Assembly: GCA_026770705.1 (NCBI GenBank)
Contig: JANJGN010000008.1
Span: 74,214,001 to 74,278,000 of the forward strand
Reading direction: 5' to 3'
Length of the DNA stretch: 64,000 nt
From: Isurus oxyrinchus
Taxonomy: Eukaryota
The translations under genes were made by a program, and so were the position numbers. The notes beneath the pieces are model-generated. The model did no database searches. It was given only the letters and a program-made list of their open reading frames with translations, and was not told the DNA's origin. Shown in pieces: positions 40,413 to 51,437 of this stretch (position 1 is the first letter of the stretch; each line of letters opens with the position of its first letter).

Positions 40413-40925
40413 ATATTCATTCATGGGATGTGGGCATTGCTGGCTGGGCCAGCATTTATTGCCCATTGCTAGTTGCTTTGAGAAGGTGGTGGTGAAATGC
40501 CTTCTTGAACTGTTGCAGTCCATGTGGTGTAGCTATATCCACGGAGCTGTTAGGGAGAGAGTTCCAGGATTTTGACCCAGTGACAGTGAAAGAACAATGA
40601 TGTAGTTCCAAATCAGGTTGGTGAGTGACTTGGAAGGGAACTTGTAGGTGGTGGGGTTCCCACACATCTGGTGCCCTTGCCCTTCTAGGTGGTAGAGGTC
40701 ATGAGTTTGGAAGGCTCTATCAAAGGAGCCTTGGTGAGTTGCTGCAGTGCATTTTGTAGATGGCACACACTGCTGCTATTGCTGTTGGTGGTGGAGGGAA
40801 AGTAAGTTTTCATGGTGGATGGGGTGCCAATCAAATGGGCTGCTCTGTCCTGGATAGTGTCAAGCTTCTTGAATGATGTTGGAGCTGCACTCGTCCAGGC
40901 AAGTGGGTTGTCCAGTATCATTTTA
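40413..40925 (-). mobile_element. HER1-like LINE 3' fragment
   Basis: PLAWTSAAPTSFKKLDTIQDRAAHLIG; GSKSWNSLPN. Confidence 0.85.
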
Positions 40926-41078
40926 CTCATGGTCACAGCATAAGAACAGCAAAGGGAAATGGCACAATAATACAGTGCTTTTATATGAAAAACTATTTAA
41001 CATGCTTTAATTAGAATACAATTCAAGAATATACTAGGAGTGTGGCTAAATTGGGCAGTATATCTGTATTGAATTCCT

Positions 41079-41110
41079 GCTGAGTTTTTCCAGGTAATTC
41101 TGTTTTTGTT
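41079..41110 (+). repeat. 32-bp pLTR micro-insertion
   Basis: Reverse complement of about 10211-10242; flanked by a TTGAATTCCT direct repeat. Confidence 0.75.
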
Positions 41111-41449
41111 TTGAATTCCTCACTCCAGCCTATGCTCTGTCTTAACTTTGCACAGCTAAACACATGTTCATTGAAATGTTGGGAGATTCCCTCCTACTAT
41201 TTAAAGGGTTCTTGAACTACTTACAAATTAGTTACTGTGTTATTTCTCCTGGCTGCTGGTGCAATTGTCCATGTTTTTGGAGCTTTCCTATATTAGGCTG
41301 GAGTTTCAATATTTCACAAGGAGTGGTCTGGCTGGTGCTAAAGTAGTTTCTTGCTAGCTTTAAAGCTTGTACTGAAACAAGTTGCTCCCAGACATGAATG
41401 GTCTGGCACGGCTTCCTCTAGGAATTGAGCATGACTGGGAAAATAAAGG

Positions 41450-43700
41450 GAGGTCACACAGAGTAAGACAAGCTGCTAGAAGAGGAGGACAAGGAAGAGG
41501 GCTCTCAGAAATAAGCCATATTCACTGAAGGTCTTTAGCAAGCAATTCCCTTATCTCAACTTCAGTGATGACCAGTACATGAGATGCCTTTGCTTCACGA
41601 AAGGATTGGGAATAAAAACTACCAGCTGCAACCTTAAAGTAGGAAAAGAATAGCATTTTCTTTGGCCCTGGTTCCTAATTTTTGTGTGTCCGGTTCCTTC
41701 CAGACAGTTGCTAGAGATGTATGCAACATTCTGCAGATTGGAGGACACAGAGGCATCATCGACACTCTCTCCCTCCCTCTGGCCAGAGACAAGCAGTCAG
41801 AGTGAGCATGAGTTTTTGCACAAGTTTGAGGCTTCTCCATGTTGTTGGGTGCCATTGACTGTGTGCATATTATCTTCACCTCATGAGAACTCAGCCAATT
41901 TCATGAACGGAGAAAGATTCCACTCCCTCTATGTGCAGTTGGTGTGTGGCCACAGGCAGCGCATCATTCAGATGAATGCCTGGTATCCTGGCAGTAGTTA
42001 TGATTTCTTCATACTGCAGGAGTGTTCTGTGCCACTTGTACTTGAGTCACCATATGGCAAGTCAAAGCCTGGCTACTGTTCAACAAGGGTTATCCATTCA
42101 CACCATCGCTCATGACTCTGGTCCGCATTGCATGGCCTACAATAAGAGTCATGCTGCCTAAAACAATGTTATAGAGAAGACCACTAACTTCCTCAAGCAA
42201 TATTTCTGCTGCCTGGATCATTCTGGAGGAGCCCTGCTGTACTCAGCTGGGTGGATATCAAAATTTGTGATAGTATGCTGCATGCTGCACAACCTGGTCA
42301 TTGTGGGGGCACAGCACTTGCCCACTATTGGAGGAGAAGCTGAGAAACTCAGCCATGAGGAAGTGGACGGAGATGGGAAACAGAAGAACTCGAAGAGAAT
42401 GGGAAGCCAAAACATAGGTTGCCCTTTATTGTCTGGGCTCAACTGAATCAAATAATTCATGAATAATGTGAATAATCTCAACCACATCATCCCATGCACC
42501 AACAATCCCACACTCTTTATCTTTTTTTACTGACCATTACATTGCCCTCATCCATCAACAACCTTCTTCGGCACCCTGCTGTATCAAAGTCCTCAGCACT
42601 TCTTTACAGCAGGGTGAGTAAGTGACCTGGCAAACTGGTGAACTGACACCTGTGCTATGCTGTGTGACCACCTGCCCCTAGCCCCTGTGCACCTACCACA
42701 GGCAGATCTCTCATCCATCTTAACTTCAAACCATGTGCAGTGTCAGTTTCTGAGCTAGTGCCTGCTTGTGTAAGATTACTGTGTCTCCTCATTGTCACTG
42801 ACTTCTTCCTGTTTCTCCATTGACTAGGACAATTACAGTCCTGGCTCTCTAAAATGAAAAGGACAAAGTTTACATTGTGGTGAGGAGAGAGGAGGAAGCA
42901 GAAAGTGGGTGCTGACATAATCTGCTGTTTGTGAATGAGAAGAGATTGTACAAAGCAAAAAGATGGATTGGATATGCAGATATCTTTACAATTGAGACAT
43001 CACCTCAACCCCTCACCCTGCCAGTGACCGCAGCCACAGTCATGTCCCTTCTTAAGGTGGCCAGCACTGTCTCCATCATGGGGATGAAAAGGTGCAGATG
43101 CCCATGTTGTTCTCCAATTCTTTTGCTACTGCTCCTGTCAAGCATCACCTCCTCCTGCAAGAATGATTATAAATCTAATATGTTTGGGTGCTGTGGTTGT
43201 CATAGTTAAAAAGCTGCCAGTGTGTGCATGCTATGAATTATGCATATGAGCCTTTAATAATTCTGTGTGAAGATGAAATAAAGCATATGAATTTTGGGTT
43301 GACTACTGATTAGTAGAGATTGTTGGTAAATGGCTGATGGGTGTGTAGTGAATTGAACAGTGAATGAGGTTAATGGTGCAGTTGGTAGGATGTGCCACTT
43401 GAAGATGAACTTGTTCATCTTGGCAACTCACTAAATTGTTGAATTTCTTCCTGCAACATATCTGTGCTCTTGGGGCAACACTCTCGTGACATTGACCTTT
43501 GTCACTTTGTTCCCACTGTCTCCTGAACATAAGTCTGGAGATTCTCTCCCACACAATCTCTGCAGATACAGGACATCTTTTCCTTTTTCCACCTTTTCTC
43601 CCATGATTTCTACAGCACTATGTGAAAGCCTTGGTGTTCATTCACCCACATATTCAGCCATAAACTCAAAGTATTGCAAACCTGATTGGCTTCTGAAAAA
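41450..43700. mobile_element. Old two-gene Harbinger element: transposase (+, about 41530-42400) convergent with Myb/SANT gene (-, about 42600-43610)
   Basis: GAIDCVH, NFMNGERFHSLYVQLVC, AWYPGSSYDFFIL, CCMLHNL; minus-strand QWEQ...CRKKFNNL; TIRs not recognised. Confidence 0.8.
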
Positions 43701-44081
43701 ACTCACATTGCTTCTTGCAGCCACAGTGCACCTCCCCTTCAAAAGATGCAAACAACAAAGAGAATGTATCAACAATCTTTCTTCCCAAGGACAATCCCAA
43801 AATGGAACAATTTGTCAAAGGAAACCTTCAAAGCCCATCTTCAGATTATTTCCGTTTAGAAATGTTTCATTATCAGGACTACCACTTCAACAGGCCATGC
43901 TTGGCTGAGCTAGTGCTACCCATATAAATGTTGGTGGAATATGGATATTAGTCTCTGATGACAAAACAACCAAAGCAGAAGTGGAAAAAGGAGCCCTTTA
44001 AGTTAGGCTAATCACCCACGATATCAGGCCTCCTACTGATGGGTGAAATCATTGAACCATGTGAGGAGCAAGTGTGGTATC

Positions 44082-44765
44082 ATAGAATCATAGAATGGTG
44101 ACAGTAGAGAAGGAGGCCATGAGGCCCATCATGTGTATGCTGGCTTTCTGCAAGACCAACTCTGCTAGTCACACACCCCTGCTCTTTCCCCATAACCTGC
44201 AAAATCTTCTCTTCAGGCACTAATCCAATCCATATTGAAAGCCATAATTGAATCTAAGAACATAACAACATAAGAAATAAGAGCAGGAGTAAACCTTAAG
44301 GCCCTTCGAGCCTGCTCCACCATATAATGAGATCATGACAGATCTGATCTTAGCCTCAACTCTACTTGTTTCCTTTAACCCTTGATTCTCCTGTAGTCAA
44401 AATTGTGTATGCCTCAGCCTAGAAGATATTCAATGACTCAGCCTTAACAACATTCTGGGGAAGAGAATTCCAAAGATTCACAGCTCCCTGAGAGAAGAAA
44501 ATCTTTCTCATTTCTGTTTAAATGGATGACCTCTCATAGCTGAAGTATCTCTTTTCTAAGGATAACAACCCCAGTTTCTCCAAACTATCCACTTATCTGA
44601 AATCCTTCATTCCTGCACCATTCTTGTAATTTTTTTCTCCTCTCTAAAAGCCTTCACATCTTTTATAAAATGTGGTGCCCGGAATTGGACACAATACTCC
44701 AGTTCAGGCTGAACCAACTTTCTATAAACATTCATCATAATTTTCTTGTTTTTGTACTCATATCA
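44082..44765 (-). mobile_element. Two nested CR1 3' fragments
   Basis: Tails CATAGAATCATAGAAT (44081) and AAGAACATAACAACATAAGAA (44257); RT C-terminal remnants. Confidence 0.75.
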
Positions 44766-46311
44766 GCAATTATTTAACAACTATCTACAACTGTTTTGGG
44801 GAAAAGCCAATTTCTCTCTGAATAACTTTGAAGGATACTTAACAGCATAGAATGCAGCAGTGCTTGTTATGATTAATATTTCTTTATGAAAACTTGGCTT
44901 TCTCACAATTTGGTCCTGTAAGTATATAGTGTAGAAGGAAGGTATTATAATCTTTCACATGAATGAAGGAACTATTGGATGTCACTATCACTGGACAGAC
45001 ATTGTATTGATTCAATGAACCCATAGCTCCAAGCAGAAGATTGAGTGCATGCTGAAGTATATTCCAATAATACTATGCTCCTGTGCAGAACTCTGTTGTT
45101 GGTTGTGTTAAATAAGTCTTCAAAATTTCACGTGTGAAATAGAAACAATCTAGGGGAGAAGAATTTCAAATCATGCCCATAGAATAAAAAAAGTCCCTGT
45201 TCTGTTTAAGGAATGAAAGATCTATGCAACAAAATGAGGACCCAAGTTTCTGCACTGCCTCCAAGAATTGTGATGACAGATGCTTTTCTGTACACATCTG
45301 CTTATTGTTAACCAATAAGCATCTTTCTCATGCATAGAACACATCACTTGAATCATGTATTTCATTATTGACACATGTACAGATGTTCCACATCAATGAG
45401 ACAGAAATGTAAATGTAACTTCCAAAGAATAATACAAATGAAATTAAGATGGAAATGGATGTTGTTTAACTAAAGAAGGAATTGCTTATCTTTGGTTATC
45501 TAAATATGAAATCTCCAGCCTGCAGCTTGTGTCTCCTTGGCACTGTGTGAAAGGAATGATTATACAGAAGAGGCTTTCTGAAGGGAAATTGTGATTCTTA
45601 CCAAACAAGTGACTGATCACTAATGACATTAGTTGTCACTTTGTGGCCAAGTTTCTATAATATTTCTGGGCCACATATGTTGTCATATTTACAAATAAGT
45701 GCAGCCCACATGACCTTTAAGGCAAGCCAAAGAAGTGTAATAAACCTTACTGACAGATATAAATTACAATAATGAAAAGAATTGTAACCAACCATAAAAT
45801 TGAATTATATCAATGTATCCTTTCAGTTCCTGCAATGAATTTATACCATTCATCTCACCTGTCCATCCTTCTATAAAATAGATACAATGAATCAGTGTAG
45901 GGAGGTATTACTTTTAGTAGAAATCCTTCTTCATGCCAAAATTCCTGATATGCTTATAGGACCAAGCTCAGGGGGATGAATGTACAATGTTTTACATATG
46001 CATTGCATCATCCACATGAGCTCTCGTTCCTATATCACAGGAAGATTGCTTCCTGGGCTGTTGCCAATGGGTTGTTAACCAACTCCCTGCTGTTTTGTTG
46101 ACAAGCCAGGATTTTGCAATATAAGTTCACTGCCATGTCAGTGAATCCAGTTTAATAAAAGGAGAAAAAAAAAGAAAGTAAAAATCAACATTGTGCATTC
46201 CTTTGAATTCCAATATTGCATCAAGTTTACCTTGGACTCAACATGTTGGCAGTCAATCAAAATGCACCTATTATCTTTCATCCATAACAAAATGAGTGGA
46301 ATTTCTATTAG

Positions 46312-46416
46312 TTTAGAATAAAAATATTAAAAGCTGGAAACGCTCAGCAGGCCAGGCAGCATCTATGAAGAGAGAAACAGAGTCACGCCTCTGGTCTGTG
46401 AGCTTTCATCAGAACT
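46312..46416 (-). repeat. Degenerate pLTR fragment
   Basis: Homologous to 688-806; CTGATGA retained, GAAA mutated. Confidence 0.7.
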
Positions 46417-49167
46417 GATTTTGTTTTATTATCAAGGGTTCTCTGTTGGTCCTAATGGCAAAAATGGAAAGTTATCCTTCAAGATAACATCTACTTCAGC
46501 AGTGAGCCCATGAAAACACAGAAGATATGAGCACCATTAAAACCTGCAGTATTGGGTAAGTCATGTGCCATCATGGTACTAGGGAAACCAGGAACTGTCT
46601 TTCTGAAGTGGAGAGAATGCGCCAGCATACCCCAGACTACTTCCTATGTTAATACTTTGGCATTTACCCCAGTATTGTACACACTATAACTAGTTCACTG
46701 TCCATGTTAATAGAGAAGAATTGGCTTTATCCCTTCAGGATCCCTGCTGAGCCATGTAATTTGACACTGATGAAATTGATCCTATGATGCCAGTACTGAA
46801 CAGCTTTAAGAAGCAGTCCAAAACCTCATTGTTGACTGACATTGAGAAACTAAATAAACTACCAGACAAAAGAAACCAAGGGTAACAAATGGTGTGCCAA
46901 CATTTTCGACAAGAGAGAGTATTTTGCTTCTCTCAGTGCTGACCTACTTAGTAAAGGGCTTCTGCAGGGGGGAAAAAACAGTATCAAGATTGCTCAACAA
47001 GTGGCTGAGGGGCAGCATGCATTCATCCCTTTCTCACCCTTCAAGATTGAGGATTTCATGGTTGGGGCTACTGATTTAATAAATTACTCTGTCCAAGGAT
47101 TGGAGGTAAACAGTGTAAAAAGGGATAGCCAGGGCACATGGCTTACTTGAATCCACAGGATTTGAGTTATTTATCTCAGGGTCAAGATAAAACAAAACAG
47201 AAGCATTCTGCCTTTCCAGAGCTAGCTCCTTCATACTTTCAAAGTGTGCTAAGTTAAAAATTAACTCCAAGCGTATTAATGAAATGGGCCAATGCTCATG
47301 CAGAAGTATTAGAATTGGCCATGCACTAAAACTTAAAACTGTAACATGGACAATCCTATGCAGCTTTAAGCTTTCACCTGGCACCTAGATTTTGCTGGAG
47401 TTTTTTGGACCTTTGTTCAGACATTTTGAATACACCTCTCATGACTCATTAAAAAAAAATCTATAACTGATATCAGTGCCAATAACTATTCTTGTACAAG
47501 TCTTTAACTGTGATTCTTACACTGTACTGTAATTAGGTGTAACAGTGCATCACCAATGGTAAATTAAAATGCAATGCTTCAGAATATCCAATGTTAACAG
47601 CTGGCCAGAAAACCTATTCACTTACAGATGCAAACTGCTTGAATTGCCTTTATACCCTGTAGCTTCAACAGGAGGTCCTCTTTCTCCACGTAATTAACTC
47701 AAAAAATGTTTTTTTGTGTGTGGTGTTCGCTGGCTTTTACTGAGTCATAATGGCCTATAATGTCAATTTATGGGATGAAAGGTAGCAGACAGAGAGAGAG
47801 AGAAAAAAACTGGGTTTAAAACCTTGTCAGTAGCATGTTAATTCCTGAGACGTTTTCATGAAACTGAAATTGCAAAAAAGACATGCTCAGTTCCTCATGG
47901 TGTCAAGTGTGAACTGAGCATCCTGTGAGAGCAGATGTTCATTCGTCAAAGGGAAGATAGCATTTAGAGGATGTAAAAAAATCCCTCACAATGGTCTTAC
48001 TCACCCCTGATGGCATTCGACATCTTAAAATGAATGGAGGTAATTGTGACTTTAGACAAAAGTGGAAAATGTGTTATATTGGCTCAAGACTGTTAAACAC
48101 CAGTCTAATTTTTGCTCTCATGGTCGAAGGCAAAAATTACCAAGATGTCCACTGATGCTAACATTGGAGAAGATGCAAATACATTTTTATTGATGTTTTT
48201 TACACAGTATCAATAGGAAATAAAAGGCACTAATATTGAAATCAGTGAAGTTGGAATGACTTAGAACTGAATTAATTTCCATGTATCAATAATTCAATTT
48301 TTAAATTCAGGCTTCTCTGAAACTAGTGTTTATAACTTTCTCCTTTATTCATAGTAAGAATATTCAACTTAAAAAATTACCATCTGCTCTCTTTATAGAG
48401 CAATTAGTAACTAGCGGATCATGACCCATGACCAAAGAGCACCATACAATGTGGTCACCAATTCCCTTGGCGCAAACTCTGGTACAACTACACACATAAA
48501 GGGACAAGTAGCTAGTGATATGATTGAAGAATTAAGAGTAAGACACTGAGTAGTGGTGAGGAAGGGATAGCTTCTACATCTGGTTGACACATTTGAGAGC
48601 AGCACTTCTGTGCCATCATGCCATTCTACACAAATTGTTGTAGCACAGCCTCTGAAAATACTGCAGCACAATGAATAAGGAACCCTGGGCACTGATGCAA
48701 GTCCAGCAGTGTCAATCGGATATAGGTAATGGGTCTTCTGTATCGCCCTTATCGCTACAGTTCAATTTGCAGCCCTCCTTGAGTGTTTCCGTTTATCAAG
48801 GGCACCAATTAGTAATAGCTCACATTCATAACCAGCATGGAAAAGATAATCACTTGAGGCAAACAGAATTGGATAAACCCATTAAAGACGTACACCACCA
48901 GCACTGTGCCTCTTAATTAAATTAAATCATAGTTATTTTATCTTGCAGCCTGTAACTCAGTCACTTTACAGTGTTAAATGTCAGTTGCTCAGAATACAGG
49001 GAAAGGAAGCAGAAATCTGTTTTGCCAGGCCCCAGCCTGGCCAATAGCTCTGCCCCTGTTTTCAGCAGTATCCCCAGTCAGAGGGCAAAGCTGTTCTGAG
49101 GTTCTGCTAGTCCATGTTAATGTCTGAAGTTAGGGAATGTAGGTGCCCTCGAGCCTGTATAGATGTA

Positions 49168-50584
49168 GGGCCGTAACTTCCTCAGTGTGGCAATCATTGT
49201 CAGATTGCTGCTCCATGCCCACTTACCTATGCCAAATTTCTTCCGTGCCTGTCTTGCCCAACTTTCTGACTCAAGCCAGGTGAGATCCAGACAGCGCAGC
49301 TGTCTCTGAAGCCCATTGTCACAATCCAGCACCATCGAATTAAAGGAGGACATGCCCCCCACCCTTTTTTACAGCACTAGCTGCCGTAAAGCAGGTAAGT
49401 TTAAAGGTCATATTGAAATTGATAGGCCAGGGAGAAGGTAAGTGGATAGAATTTGGGGGGTGCAGGCATTCGGAGGTTGGGTGGGGATGGGGGCAGGGTT
49501 TTGGACATTGGGAGGTGTTGGGGTTCAGACATCAGGAGGGGGTTGGACATTGGGAGGGGCTAGGGTAGGATAGGACATCGGGAGGGGATGGGGTGGAATA
49601 GAACATTGGGAGGGGCTGGGGAGGGTCGGACATTGAGAGGGGCTGGGGTGTGATTGGACATCGGGAAGGGCTGGGGAGGGTCGGACATTGGGAGGGGCTG
49701 GAGTGGGATCGGACATCGGGAGGGGCTGGGGAGGGTCGGACATCGGGAGGGGCTGGGGTTGGATTGGACATCAGGAGGGGCTGGGGAGGGTCAGACATTG
49801 GGAGGGGCTGGGGTGGGATTGGACATCAGGAGGGGCTGGGGTGGGATCGGACATTGGGAGGGGCTAGGAAGGGTCAGACATTGGGAGGGACCGGCGAGGG
49901 TCAGACATCAGGAGGGGCTGGGATGGGATCGAACATCGGGAGGGGCTGGGGGATCAGAAATTCGGGAAGTGGTGGGGGGGTCAAACATTCGGTGGGATGG
50001 GGGGCTGGGAGTCAGACATTCGAGGATGGAGGGGTTGGACATTTGGGGTGGTGGGGGGTTTGAAATTTCGGTGGGTAGGAATGTTGGACAGGCAGAGGGT
50101 TGGGGAACTGGGGGAAGTCGGATTTCAGGAGCAGGTAGGGTGTTTGGAATTTCAGGCAGGTGGGGGTCTGCTTGGAACATGGGGGTGGGAGGGCCAGTCA
50201 GGTTGGGGGAATTCCATGGTGGGGCTGGGGAGTGTCAGGGACTGGGGAATATTGTGGGGGGATGGTTAGTCAGGGGTGTTGGGAGATTCTAGGGCGATTG
50301 GCCTGGGTCTTCAATTTACAATTGTTACCCAGAAGTTAGAAGAGGTTTAATTCTTCTGACTTTTTCTGGGTAACTATTGGTGTAACCCTGTTGGGACCAT
50401 CTGAAGTTTGCATTTTAAACTGCATTTTCGGATAGTTCCCAGCTCAGCATAATTTTCCAGAGGAAGGGTGCACTTCTGGGTAATTTCATGCAAATGCTTA
50501 CCTATGAAGTTCCGAGAGGGATTCCTGAGTGCATCTTTGGGGTAATCCCCCAATCCACGCTGCGGAGCTCGGAAATCATGGCCC
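49168..50584 (+). mobile_element. Non-autonomous TIR element (Harbinger-like ends) with internal G-rich minisatellite
   Basis: TIRs GGGCCGTAACTTCC / GGAAATCATGGCCC; TA-containing flanks. Confidence 0.75.
49500..49955 (+). repeat. 27/28-bp G-rich minisatellite, about 16 units, decaying out to about 50290
   Basis: Unit GGACAT(C/T)GGGAGGGGCTGGGG(AGGGTC or TGGGATY). Confidence 0.95.
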
Positions 50585-50914
50585 TAGTCTACTTTGGCTT
50601 AAAGAATTGGTCCCAATATGTCCAGAAGAAATGCCCAATTGCAGAACTCATTGTAAGGATTAGGCAACTAAATCCTTGATAACCACTCTTCCTGCTTCCA
50701 TGCCTGGTTTACTGCCAGCTTTTACTGAGATGTATGTAACTGGATATGTTGTGACACAGGTTGAGGTACCTCTTTAATAATGTGATTGACACCAAAGTGG
50801 CTGATTTATGATATGTCCCCTATGGCTGCTTAGAATGTCCATGTAGAAAAAAGGCTAAGGGCAATGATGTTCCTTTCTTTAAATAATGTAAATGCTTGAT
50901 TGTTCCTTTTTGTC

Positions 50915-51160
50915 TTTAAGTCTGTGCCTTCTGGTTTTCAATTCTTCTGCCAATGGGCACAGTTTCTCCCCATCTACTTCCTTCACACTCTTCATGATTT
51001 TGAATATCTCTATTAAATTTCCTCTTAACTTACTCTTGTCCAAGTAGAACAGTCTCAATTTCTCGAATCTATCTACTTAACTGAAGTTCCTCACCCCAGA
51101 AACCATTCTTGTGAATCTTTTTTGCACCGTCTATAATGCCTTCACATTATTCCTAAAGAC
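50915..51160 (-). mobile_element. Degenerate CR1 RT C-terminal fragment
   Basis: Similar to 24360-24560. Confidence 0.6.
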
Positions 51161-51307
51161 TATAGTGAGTTAAATGGCCATTTTTAAGAACTTTTTGATG
51201 GACTTGTTTTTGACTCTAGTTGTTTAGGCAATAATTTCTGGAAAAGTGATCAATGTTGACAATTATTTCATTGGCACTTTTTCAAATCTTCCGATCCTTT
51301 TTACTAA

Positions 51308-51434
51308 GGCCGAGATTTTACAACTCCTCCCGCCGGTGCGATTTTCCATTCCCGCTGAAGTCATTGGAATTTTGAATGGCTCGCTGCATTTTATGGCCTT
51401 GCCTCCACTGCAATGGGACCGTTAAAATCTGCCC
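51308..51434. mobile_element. 127-bp Harbinger mini-MITE
   Basis: TAA-GGCCGAGATTTTAC...GTTAAAATCTGCCC-TAA. Confidence 0.75.
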
Positions 51435-51437
51435 TAA

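Noticed and set aside
46436-46561. AG...GTAAGT exon-like segment
   Set aside because: Stops in all three frames, and the acceptor abuts a pLTR fragment
49500-49955. CRISPR-like array
   Set aside because: No unique spacers, no cas genes, and a eukaryotic context
49525-50292. Gly-rich and Pro-rich ORFs up to 212 aa
   Set aside because: They are translations of the minisatellite, open on both strands and in several frames
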